Shown here: positions 37,635 through 50,300 of the stretch, piece by piece
How positions within the stretch are numbered: position 1 is the first letter of the stretch
Layout: every line of letters begins with the position of its first letter
Assembly (NCBI GenBank): GCA_015680685.1
Contig: MNCI01002043.1
Coordinates: forward strand, 115,605-179,604
Direction: 5' to 3'
Source of the DNA: Gnetum montanum
Lineage: Eukaryota > Plantae > Gnetophyta
DNA: 64,000 nt
Notes under the pieces: generated by a model
Databases searched by the model: none
Told to the model about the DNA's origin: nothing
The model's input: only the letters and a program-made list of their open reading frames with translations
Translations under genes and position numbers: made by a program

Positions 37635-40600
37635 TGATGAGTGGTGAGGTATCCCTACACTCAACCATATGAATACAAGTGTTTTACTCATGATCCGGTC
37701 GAACTCCACAAACGGGCTAGTTGTGGCATCTAGATAGGTACACGTTGATCGCAGTTTGCTGTCTTCCCACCTAGACTAGTACATGCTTTGTCAGGTATGG
37801 TTTAGTCCAGAGTGAGGTGTATGATGTGGTTTCTAACCTAATGCTACTCCTAGAGGCAATGGAAAATAACTTTGTTTTAAGCTAAAAGGAAAAAGGAGAG
37901 AGAGCTAAGCTAATGGAACATGGGGGGNNNNNNNNNNNNNNNNNNNNNNNNNNNNNNNNNNNNNNNNNNNNNNNNNNNNNNNNNNNNNNNNNNNNNNNNN
38001 NNNNNNNNNNNNNNNNNNNNNNNNNNNNNNNNNNNNNNNNNNNNNNNNNNNNNNNNNNNNNNNNNNNNNNNNNNNNNNNNNNNNNNNNNNNNNNNNNNNN
38101 NNNNNNNNNNNNNNNNNNNNNNNNNNNNNNNNNNNNNNNNNNNNNNNNNNNNNNNNNNNNNNNNNNNNNNNNNNNNNNNNNNNNNNNNNNNNNNNNNNNN
38201 NNNNNNNNNNNNNNNNNNNNNNNNNNNNNNNNNNNNNNNNNNNNNNNNNNNNNNNNNNNNNNNNNNNNNNNNNNNNNNNNNNNNTAATAATAACAATTAA
38301 TAATAACAATTAAACAATTAAAACTAAGTGAATGCTGCAATGATGGAGTAATCTCAATTATTATTGCTGATCATGTGCGTGTCCAAGTATGTCACACTCG
38401 AATAAAGGTTCCGTACAATTACAAGCATCACACTGCGGGCATGCACTTGGGAGAATAATATAACTCATACGGAAACAAATTGCAAGAGCTTCCCTACAAT
38501 TAACCCAAAAGATGCCTAAGTGTGGCGAAAGCACACTTATTTATAGGCTAGAATAGATGTTGCGTAAACAAGGCTGCGTATACAGAGCCTAGCATACGTA
38601 GTCCCTGATAACCACAATTCATCATACCCCCATGATTCAATAATGTAAGGTTACTGATGAGTGGTGAGGTACCCCTACACTCAACCATATGAATACAAGT
38701 GTTTTACTCATGATTCGGTCGAACTCCACAAACGGGCTAGTTGTGGCATCTAGATAGGTACNTTGTAGTGGATATGAAAAAATTGGGACACAGACACAAA
38801 AGACAAAACTTGTGGAACTCATGGGGTTCCCGGTAGTGGTGGCTCCTCCATGGGTGCCTTTCCTTTGTTTTGCGTGCCAGGCTTCTGAGATTGATACCAT
38901 TGAAGAAGTGCCTGACATTTCTTTTCTTCTATCTGTGGATTATGAGTCGTCCATACTGATGTTCCAATGTTTGATGAAGTCGACACTTTCCATGAACACG
39001 ATAGCTGCGGGAACACTTGATTGGCCTTGACATGCCATGCCGCAGATAGTTGTCGTTCCTCTTCATAGGCTCGGGCCCTGACCTCTCCTCCTTTTGCTTG
39101 GATAGATTATGCAGTAACANNNNNNNNNNNNNNNNNNNNNNNNNNNNNNNNNNNNNNNNNNNNNNNNNNNNNNNNNNNNNNNNNNNNNNNNNNNNNNNNN
39201 NNNNNNNNNNNNNNNNNNNNNNNNNNNNNNNNNNNNNNNNNNNNNNNNNNNNNNNNNNNNNNNNNNNNNNNNNNNNNNNNNNNNNNNNNNNNNNNNNNNN
39301 NNNNNNNNNNNNNNNNNNNNNNNNNNNNNNNNNNNNNNNNNNNNNNNNNNNNNNNNNNNNNNNNNNNNNNNNNNNNNNNNNNNNNNNNNNNNNNNNNNNN
39401 NNNNNNNNNNNNNNNNNNNNNNNNNNNNNNNNNNNNNNNNNNNNNNNNNNNNNNNNNNNNNNNNNNNNNNNNNNNNNNNNNNNNNNNNNNNNNNNNNNNN
39501 NNNNNNNNNNNNNNNNNNNNNNNNNNNNNNNNNNNNNNNNNNNNNNNNNNNNNNNNNNNNNNNNNNNNNNNNNNNNNNNNNNNNNNNNNNNNNNNNNNNN
39601 NNNNNNNNNNNNNNNAAGTTCAATTATTTCATACCTTACTTATTGCCTTTGGTAAATGTTGAATTATTTGCTTAGTGTGATTTTAGAGTTAGAAATTTTT
39701 TCGAGGAAGTTGCCCTAAAAGTTTAATGTTGGACCTGGTTTATTTAGATGACACACATAAAAGGACATGGTTTTGAGGAAAGTTTGATAAAATGATGACA
39801 AAGGAAAGAATATATTAGATAATGAAGTACTTGGAGGGTATAAGATGATGTGGTGGTGTGATACAAGTACAAATTACAAAAGTCACACAAGTGGGTCCTC
39901 CCCAAAGCAGGTTCCAACCTATAATGCCCTTGCGTAACCACACCTTATAATGTCCGTAGGCACTAGAAGGGTTAAATGTAATCTATGCAATGCAACAAAA
40001 CACACACATGTTAATACCACCGTGATGAGATATGAATTCAATGCTATACAAGACACGAGTTACAATTACATGAACAGTGAGATGAGGCGAATTGTAGAAG
40101 GGATTGCAGAGATTGGGACATGAGGTAATTGACTCAGGGCACAATGAATTCTCAATGTAGGGCATGATTAATGTGTCATTAGCCCGTCACTCCAAAATCA
40201 AGACCAAGTCCATTCCTTCGATCAGTGACATTGCATTGTTTCATCCAATGATGGACAACCGTAAGAGCACCATGATAGCAAGGCGTATGATCACTTAACG
40301 TTTTGTGCAAGGGAGGAGTGACTTGGAATTTCTTTGTGACATACTTTTTGTTTGGCCACTTTGGCACACTCTTTTTTTTTTCTCTCTCTCTCTCTCTCTT
40401 TGATGAAGTACTTAATCCAAAGAAGCCACCTACCTTTAGGCATGGGTGCATGTCTTTCTAGTGGGATCCCCTAGAATAGCGTTAGGTTCTTTATTGGTTG
40501 CCTTTAATACTCTTACTTCCATTTTCTGTTAGATCTACAAGGATCTTAGTACAACATAGCTGCATGATAGCACCTACAGATGTCACCAAAGAAAATCCAC

Positions 40601-43600
40601 AAGTCCCCTTGATGTCACACCCTGGCCATTCCCTCTTAGTCCATCCTTCTTTGCTCTAGGCATAATGAGCATAAAATTACATTAAGTTTTAATGATGTTA
40701 AGAATATCATTGTACCCAAAGTAGAACCTCTTATTAATAGAATGGTTGGGTGGATGTGATGGGCTTGCTGTTCAAATAATTAGTCACCTGAGACTTGATA
40801 ACATAGAATAACACCTCAACCAACGAGTCACATTTGTGTTTTATTTGTAGATGAGATTACTCATAAAAAGATAAAAAGACAAAAAGATAAACCAATAAAT
40901 TAAAAGGTGAAAAATTGGAAAACAAAAAGTTGAAAATTTAAAGAAATAGAAAAACATTTATTAATTCTGTGTTGTTAGAATGAAGGATACCCCCCATAAC
41001 TAAACGGTTAAGCATGGCTAGAATTAATAAATGGAAGGTTAGGATCCTTGCATGTTGGAAATATTGGAACCTAATCATACTTACCCCATTGGGGTTCACA
41101 CACTTGATTAGAGTTGANNNNNNNNNNNNNNNNNNNNNNNNNNNNNNNNNNNNNNNNNNNNNNNNNNNNNNNNNNNNNNNNNNNNNNNNNNNNNNNNNNN
41201 NNNNNNNNNNNNNNNNNNNNNNNNNNNNNNNNNNNNNNNNNNNNNNNNNNNNNNNNNNNNNNNNNNNNNNNNNNNNNNNNNNNNNNNNNNNNNNNNNNNN
41301 NNNNNNNNNNNNNNNNNNNNNNNNNNNNNNNNNNNNNNNNNNNNNNNNNNNNNNNNNNNNNNNNNNNNNNNNNNNNNNNNNNNNNNNNNNNNNNNNNNNN
41401 NNNNNNNNNNNNNNNAGATAGAGTAACAGGAGGCATTGAGTTTGAGGAAGAAGATGCATCATAGCGTTGAACTTGTGTTGAGTTGGTGGATGCAGTGGTT
41501 TCAGAACTGTGCTATCTCTTTATACTGTCGTGCTTAAAGAAAGGACGCTTTCGATGTTGTGGAGGACCTCCGCTGCTGTTGACAGTAGCAGCACAAGTAA
41601 CATTTATGGGTTGCTGCTGTGGTGCAAAATCTTCTGGCATAGCTGTTGGTGATGTAGAAGAGGGTGAAGTATGAGAATATTGAGGTTGAGGAGAAGTGTA
41701 AGGCACATGAGGTGGTGATCTTGTTGGAGAGGACATGGGTGGATAGTACTCGGGAAAATGATAATGATGAGGTGAGGTAGAGGATGCTGATCCCATTGGA
41801 GAAATAGGGTGTTGAACATAATAAGCATTTGGCGTTGGGACATACAAAGGGTATGGTCTAGTTGGCGGTGGCCTTCCCCACGATTGAGGTTTTTTCCATT
41901 GTGGTTGAACCTGATATTTCTGTACGAAATATGGATGTAACATTCCTCCCCAATGCTCATGTAAATGTGACAAAACTAGACATTGGCCTTTGGGGTGATC
42001 ATACAGATAGACGTTGCATCGATATGTGAAATTGATAGTTGAGTTCTTATTCTTATTCTTTTCAACCCTTCTTTTCGATTGTCTAGTGGTGTTTTATCCT
42101 ATTTCTTAGCTCATCATGGTTCTTCCTCCAATAATGTTGGCATAATATCCACATCTTTCATGTACCCAGTCTATCATCTTATTGATCTTTGCCTCAATTT
42201 CATCTAGTGATTGTAGGATTGGCAAAGATAATTCCACCTCCTTGAAGTAAGTTGATTTATCCTCTTCATGATCATGGACCCTTGTTAAGTTGAGATTTTG
42301 GTCCTGTTGAGAACTTTCAACATTCTCCCATTTAGCTATTTCTCCTTCTTCTTTTGTTACCTGCTTAATAAGCTCTAGGAGTTGATGGGTTCGTAGCTCA
42401 TATAGTTGACATCGGGCGTACATCCCCAGGGCCTCCCTTGTTTCATTACAGAACCCATCCATGATGTGGTACATTAGCCTTTCCTTGGAGAATCCATGGC
42501 CTGGGCAATTGTTTAACAATGCATAATATCTTTCTAAGGCCATGTTCAATGGTTCATGTTGTGCTTGTTTCCACTCTTGGATTTATCTCCTCAAGGCTAA
42601 CACTCTTGCATAAGTTTGATATCTTTCATTGAAGAGTTCTACCATTGTCGAGCAACTTCGAATTGATTTCGATTTTAAAGACCTATACCATACTTTTGCT
42701 TGGCCAATGAGTGTCATAGGAAAGAGCTTAAGTTTTTGCCACCCATTATCAATATTGTTCCATGTATAGGCATCGTAGCAGGCTTGTAAATGTTGTTGCA
42801 GGTCTAAATCATAGCCTCCTGAAAACTTGGGAAAGTTATTTAAATCAAGCATGGGTAGACAGCTTTCCTTATGATGCCTATGGGCTATTCGAATAGCCTC
42901 TTGTATATGCATTAGGCTCTTAGTGGCTAGTAGGGGTTCATTGTCACTAGGTAGGTTATGAGTTTGCGAGTTGGGATGATGTTGTCTTTGTTCATGTTGG
43001 TGTTTCTGACTTTGCCCGTGGGTTTGATTTCTATTTCTACGCCGACCCCTAGAGAGATGATCATCCATGTCACAACCTAAAGTTGAAGGAGCAGAGGAAG
43101 AGAAAGAGCTGGAACACTCATCATGACTTTTGTAAGTCTCCCAATCATCCTTGGATAAATTTTTGTTAATTATTGAGAAGGTCCCAGGTCTTATGGGCCC
43201 CCTCATTCTATGGGATATTCCATCCTCGCTAGAGGTGTCAGAGTTGGACGACGAGAGTCCTTGAGTATCATTGGGGTGTCTTTGAACATATGAAACTCCT
43301 GCATAAGATTGAGTACTCCAAACTTCTTCATTGGTTTTCCAATGAATTGCCTCGCTAGATGTTGCATTATCACTATCTTGTGAAAGATACATGGTTGTAA
43401 ATTTGTGTGTGATTTAATTGCAATTATTATTATTATCTCTTTTTTTTAAAAGATATGTCATTAATACTTTGTTACAACGATCTTGTATGATGTAACTAAT
43501 CTAGATAACTAGCACCATCCCTGGCAACAGCACCAATGATGAGTGGTGAGGTACCCCTACACTCAACCATACAAATATGAGCATTTCACGCACAATCCAG

Positions 43601-44440
43601 TCAAACTCCGCAGACTGGCTAGTTGTGGTATCTAGATAGGTACACGTTGATTGCAGTTCGCTATCTTCCCCCCTGGACTAGTATATGCTTTGTCACGTAT
43701 GGTTTAGTCCAAAGTGAGGTGTATGATGTGGTTTCTAACCTAATGCTACTCCTAGAGGTAATGGAAATTAAATTTGTTTTAAGCTAAAAGGAAAAGGGAG
43801 AGAGAGCTAAGTTAATGGAACATGGGGGGAGAGAGTCTAAACTAGCCTAAGTGCAATGAGCATCCATTCCTTAATCATCCATACATATCTTGGACCTCGT
43901 GCACGACTACTACTTGGATTACCAAGCGCAGATCCTAGGTACACTACTAGTAACTACTGGGTTACCAAGTAGTCACACTTAAATGCTCATGATTAAGTAG
44001 TACTCATTCCGTATTTAACAACAAGAATAGTAAATGATGGTAAAGAAATATTAACTAAGAAAATAAAATAATAATAACAATTAACAATAACAATTAAACA
44101 ATTAAAACTAAGTGAATGCTGCAATGATGGAGTAATCTCAATCTTTATTGCTGATCATGTGCGTGTCCAAGTATGTCACACTTGAATAAAGGTTCCATAC
44201 AATTATAAGCATCACACTGCGGGCATGCACTTGGGAAAACAGTCTAACTCCTATGGAAACAAACTGCAAGAGCTTCCCTACAATTAACCCAAAGTTTAAC
44301 TCAGTGTGGCGGAACTACACTTATTTATAGGCTAGAATAGATGTTGCGTAAACAAGGCTGCATATACGAGGCCTAGTATACACAGCCTGCCTAGTATACG
44401 GGGCCTAGTATATGCAATCCCCAATAACCATGATTCATTA
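37635..44440 (-). mobile_element. Complete pol-less Athila-like LTR element, copy B
   Basis: LTRs 37635-38624 (gapped) and 43537-44440; perfect TSD GTTAC; PBS TTGGTGCTGTTGCCAGGGA; PPT at 38625; contains gaps. Confidence 0.9.
41512..43392 (-). pseudogene. Gag-like ORF1 of copy B (retrotransposon gag domain, CxxCxxxHxxxxC-like finger, Pro/His/Tyr-rich tail)
   Basis: ORFs 42583-43392 and 42106-42549 share a frame split by one TAA; motif FPKFSG..QHL..LKLFPMTLIGQAKVWYRSL; ORF 41512-41973 is Pro-rich. Confidence 0.85.
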
Positions 44441-44886
44441 GTTACCTTAAGCATAGGTTAGTGGGGTGTCAAAATAGAAATCATTTGATCATAGGTATAC
44501 CTTAAGACATATATATTAGAAGAATTATAGAAGATAAGAATAATGTCTCAAGTATCACTTAAATTAGCAACCTTTAGCCTAACAAGACAATGAGCTCACC
44601 ACTTGAGTCACTTGCCACTCAATTCAAGCATAACAAAACTTAGTATACAAAATAATTAACTTTTTATTTATGAGGATTGTTGCAACTTAACCGTTGACTA
44701 TATGTACTCTTATTTTATCCCACTATCAAAGAAGATAGAAGCTTTTGTGAATATTTTTTCTAGAGGAAGTATTGATCAATCTAAATAAACAACTTGCAAG
44801 AAAATTTTTCATCATCTAATGATAATACTATTAACTTGAGGATTAAACCTTATATTAAGAAATGGGCTAATGCTTGGTTAACATAG

Positions 44887-45811
44887 TGATGAGTAGTGGA
44901 GTATCCAACACCCAACAATAAGAGATGCAAGTGTTCATGCACGATCTTTGTCAAATTCCATTGACAAGGCAATGTAACTATGCAAGTAATTGGTTATAGT
45001 TCGCAATCGTTGTCTTCCCACATGGGCTAGTAAAATCAATGTGTATGGTTTAACTCACGGTGAGGCATATGATAATGATGTTGTGTTGGTCATATTTCTC
45101 TCATAAAGCATGAAGTAAATGGAAAGTAAAGATAGTAGTTTCTAAATCTAAGTAATAGTAAACAAAATCTAATCTAGCCTATGCGATGAGCAACCAGTCT
45201 TGACCTTCCGTGCACATCTTGGACTTCATGTAACTACTACTAGGATTACCAAGTACCACACTACTAGGCATACCAAGTGATAGTACTACTAGGTTACCAA
45301 GAAGTTACACTTAAGTGTTTGAGATTAGTTGTACTCATTCCACTTAACAACAAGAATAGTAAAATGCATAGAAAGTAAATTAGCAAGAAGAGAAAATAGT
45401 AAACAGTAAGCTAAGTGAAAGCAGTAAAATTATTCTAAGTGTAAACAGTAAAGACTAAGTGATGTTATAATGATGTGAAGTAATCTCGATCTTTATTTCT
45501 ATGCATGAAACATGTCCAAGTACATTCCACTCAAATAAAGACTCTATTCAATTACTAAACATCATACTCCAGGCATACACTCCTAAGTGTTAAGTGCTAA
45601 AATTGAGAAAACAAACTGATGTAATTTTGCTAAGCATGAAATGAAACTGTATGTGGACAGAGTGTCTAAGTGTTGTATTTATAAGCCCACACACGTCCAT
45701 GATATTAGATACATGACATCATATCTTGTGCCCCAATATCGGAGATCCAATATTGCAACTCCAATACTGGATATCCGATATCATGGTTAATGAAAAAAAC
45801 TCAATTTATCA
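44887..45811 (-). mobile_element. Solo LTR of the Athila-like family
   Basis: TGATGAG...TTTATCA termini, similarity to the other LTRs, TSD CATAG/CATAA. Confidence 0.8.
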
Positions 45812-47349
45812 CATAACAATGCTACATTTGGTAATTCCAATGGTGAGTGTACATGTTCAGAATGTATAATAAGTGGGAATGGATACTCTTCACTTAGGCT
45901 AGACTAGTCTTCTCATAGCATACTTATATTAAAATAGATTAACTTTCTATACTTAAATATTTTAATAATAATTTAATAATATTCCATCAACATCATCAAT
46001 TATATGCCTTGGTTGTACTTGTTTATACACACTAATGGTCATACAAGTATAACTAGGAAGATAGAGACTTACAATCATGTTTAACAATCTAGATACTTCA
46101 CTAGTCCAATCCACATATTACAATCAGGTTACTCACGAATGCTTATGATTTGTATGGTTGGGTGTAGGGAACACGCACTACTAATCATTAGCACCATTAT
46201 CACAAAATTGATGCTAGTGATCTAGATTTGCTTAAATTATTTACAACTGTTATTAGGACTTAATGATTTATCTATCAAAAATAATATTATTTTATTAAGG
46301 CACACATAGTAATTCAAAATGTCTTCTTCTTGAGGAACCAATTCCCTAGCTATTGATGATTCTATTAGGGAATGCAATAGAATAATCAGAAGCAAAGATG
46401 ATGTACTCTATCAAGTTAAGATAGTGTACCAACATTCAAATCATTATTGTTTGAACTTTACCTTCATCCTTTACTAAGATAAATAAATGGGATGAGGGGA
46501 CCTAAAATCAAACATTATGTTACCACCTACTTGTTTGGCCCCATCAATGCTCATGACTACATTGATGAGGGTTAGAATAGATACAACTATTATTGATTAC
46601 AAGATGGCTATTGAAATATGTAGGCCTTATAAGCCCATTGAAGACCACCTTCACAAGGACTACTTCATGAAAGCCCACCATAAAGTAGCAAAAGGAAATA
46701 TGTTTAACATCCCACTAGCATTATAGTTAGAAAAGGAGGATACAAACTACCACTTAGATAGATCCAATCACCAAAATTCTTTCCTCTTTAATGTAGCTGA
46801 AATGACAAACCCATGGCTACCCTCAACCTTGGCTAGAAACTAAGGAAAATGAAGAACTAGTTCCAACATAAGGAGGACCTCAAGGCCTAGGTGTTTCAAC
46901 AGGTCACCAAAGGAGAAACAAAGGGATCATGGAAGGAGATCAAGTTGTCATGACTCTTCAAATTCTCCCTCATCCTTATCACCAAGCTCTAATAATGATG
47001 AATATGGAAAATAAAGAAAAGGTAATGATAAATGCTGTAATGGAGATACCAAAAGAGATTAGAATTGAAATAGAGGCAAGGATGGTGGAGGTGACAAAGA
47101 TAGAAATTATGATAGAGAAAAAAAATAAAAAGGGCATAACATGCAACATATGAGAGGGCATGGTCATGATAGGGTCCATGATGGATGATATGATTACAAT
47201 GAATCTCCTCTAGCAATAAGAAGCATGATTAACATCAGGGATGTTTATTTCTCAACTAGGCATCAAATGAATTAACATAAACAACTTTCCCAGATTTGAG
47301 AGAGGTTGTAATGCTAATACACAACATCATTTGCAAGCCTTTGACAATG

Positions 47350-50300
47350 TGATGAGTGGCAAGGTACCCCTACGCCCAATGATATGAATATGAGCGCGTA
47401 TGCGCAATCTGATCAAACTCTGTGGATGGGCTAATCCTAAGTTCTAAAATAGTTATTGTGCTTCCTTATTCGTTATCTTCCCACGTCAGACTAGTGGAAG
47501 CTTTTTCATGTATGGTTTAGTTCGAAGTGAGGTGTATGATGTAATGCTTTAATGCTACTCCTACTATGGAATAACAATAAAGAGTTGATTAACTAAAGGT
47601 ATGAAATAAATCCTCCATTTAACCTAAGGTGATGAGTATTCGAACCCGATTGTCCATACACACCTTGGACTTCACGTAGTTGCCGTTGGGATTACCAAAC
47701 GCTAATCGTTACTAGGTTACCAGGTAATATGCTTATGTGTTCACAATTGGTCGTACTCATTCCACTTAATGATGAGGAATGTAAATAACATTAGTTTGAA
47801 ATAGCAATAAATAAAGACATTGAAATCTTAATCTAAGAAAATCACAAATGCAAAGTGGATGTTGCAATGATGTAAATGATCTCGATCTTTATTACTGAAC
47901 ATGTAATGTGCCCAAGTACAGTGCACTCGAATAAGGACGTTGTGCAACCATAAACATTACACTACGGGCATACACTAGAACTGAAATTGAAAAACTTCTA
48001 ACTAACTTCCTCTCTTCTATCTCTCTCCTATGTGATATTTATAGGCAAGCATGGCAGAAACAACATTGGATATCTGACATCGCCTACTGACCCCAATATC
48101 AAATCTGCGATATTGGAGCCCTGATATCACTTCTAACAACTCATCATACCCCCATGACTGAATGAAAACTCATCCTCGAGTTTTGTACAAAATGGTGAAA
48201 GGTATGGGATTATTGACTGACAAGACAATCATTGCATTGCAATGGTTTTTTATTACAACAGAATGATGACACATTACAAGAATCAGAATTAAGAACAAAA
48301 AGAAGAATGATGGAGCCAATACGTTGTGCTAGGAGGTGGTGGCTCTTCCACAATCTCCTTTCCTTTGCCTTTATCTCTTGGTTTTGAAGGCTTGTGATGA
48401 TGTAGTAGCGATTGAAATTTCTCCTCCTCTATTTTGGGATCATGCACAGTCCATGTAGATGATCTAATGTGTGAGGGAACTGGCACATCCCATGGACACG
48501 GCAGCTATGGAAACATTTGATTGGCTTTTACATACTAAGCCGCAAACTGCCGTCTCTCCTCTTCAAATGCCTTGGCCTTATCTCTCAACTCTTGATAATT
48601 AATAAAGCATCTAGCCAAGTCTGTAGCTACATCTTTCTATCCATGGTAGCTTGCCTTAACTGCCTCGAATTCTGCAATTGTGACTGCTAGCTTGTTAAGA
48701 GCTGCTTTGCGATCAAAAACCTCCTTTTCATACAACGCGTATGTGGTGGCTGCCTACTTCTTAAGCTCATTGCGCGAGCGCCCTACTATCAACATGGCCA
48801 AGTTGACGTATTGAAGATTGGCCAACTCCATGTACTCTTTCAGATCAGCAATATGTAGGTCTCAGTTTNCGTACAAAGAATTCATTGAAAAAGAAATCCA
48901 GATGGCAAAGGACCAAATAGATTCCTTTGTGGCCCAACAATCCGACTAGAGAAACATCTTGGATACATATGCCCTTGCTCACTAGGCAGAGATTAAAAAC
49001 TGAGACCTACATATTGCTGATCTGAAAGAGTACATGGAGTTGGCCAATCTTCAATACGTCAACTTGGCCATGTTGATAGTAGGGCGCTCGCGCAATGAGC
49101 TTAAGAAGTAGGCAGCCACCACATACGCGTTGTATGAAAAGGAGGTTTTTGATCGCAAAGCAGCTCTTAACAAGCTAGCAGTCACAATTGCAGAATTCGA
49201 GGCAGTTAAGGCAAGCNTGCTTTTGCGGCGGAAGCATCCCATACCGCTTGCTCTCTTCCTGTGCTAGGGTTTTATTCTCTTATATCATCTGAGCTAATTG
49301 CTCAGTTCAGAAAGCCACCACCAATTCTTATAGTGGTACCTTCTTCTTTACCATTTCAAAAAGAATAAGTCTTCCTAAGGTACCATTCTACATTTTCAGT
49401 CAAAATTGGCCAAAATGGAGATTCTTGCAACTATGCCCTCATTGACTGAGGAGCGAACTTCATGAATGGTCCAAAGTTCATTTCCATGATGACTAGGCCA
49501 ATGTGGGATGTGCCTGAATGGCAACAAGGCATTTTAGTGAAAACGTGAGTTGTTGTCCTTGCACTTGAGGTGCTACCTCTGCCTACACAGATTGAGCTTC
49601 AACAGGGACTTCTATAGGGGCTTCTTGATGGATGCTGAATGATTGTGCCTCCTGCTTAATTGGTGGCCCTTGCTAGCTAGTTCAACCTTGTTTCCCCGAG
49701 GGCATTTGCTTGATCCTTGTGATGGATCGCCTTGGGTTGCTTGTTTGGGAGCCATTTGCAATTATACAAAACATTAGGCTACTAAGGGATCCTTATATTG
49801 ATCATGTTACTCATCTATACCTTGGTCACCCTTCAGTGTATGTTATAGCCATGTTAGATTGCAGAGTTAAGGCCTTACTTTTTTGTTCAAAATGGCCTAA
49901 TAAGATAGTTAAGTCACTTAGGGATACGTAAAAAGTATCTTTGGCATGGTGGGCAATGTTTATTTACTTATTTAGCTTTGATTTTAATTAGTGTATTCAT
50001 TGTTTACCCTTAGAATACCTTTAAGGCGATAGCAATTTTCGAAGAAAAAATGTGACGTTAGGTGAACACAACGATCTCCCCATGATTGAAATGGACACTC
50101 TGGGGATAGAGAAGCAAATGACATGAAAAATGAAGTGCAAACGTGTGAGATATAGCGTGTGGATGAAGGTGTGCAAAGCTTAAATCGCCAAAGAGAAAAA
50201 ACTGCAAAAACTCCCCTTTCGTTGTGATGTGAAAATGAAATTGGAAGTGCAGCTAAGTGTTGTATTTATAGATTTTATGGCCCCGATATTGGAGTGCCTA

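Noticed and set aside
38641-38762. Apparent third LTR start inside copy B
   Set aside because: Near-exact repeat of 37621-37741, including the outside flank and ending at a single n; most likely a scaffolding artefact.
35389-41464. ORF-track entries full of X
   Set aside because: Artefacts of N gaps.
48648-49217. Perfect inverted duplication of about 220 bp in ORF2 of copy C
   Set aside because: The inverted block is bounded by single n characters (48869, 49217) and is identical to its partner in an otherwise decayed element; likely a mis-oriented contig.
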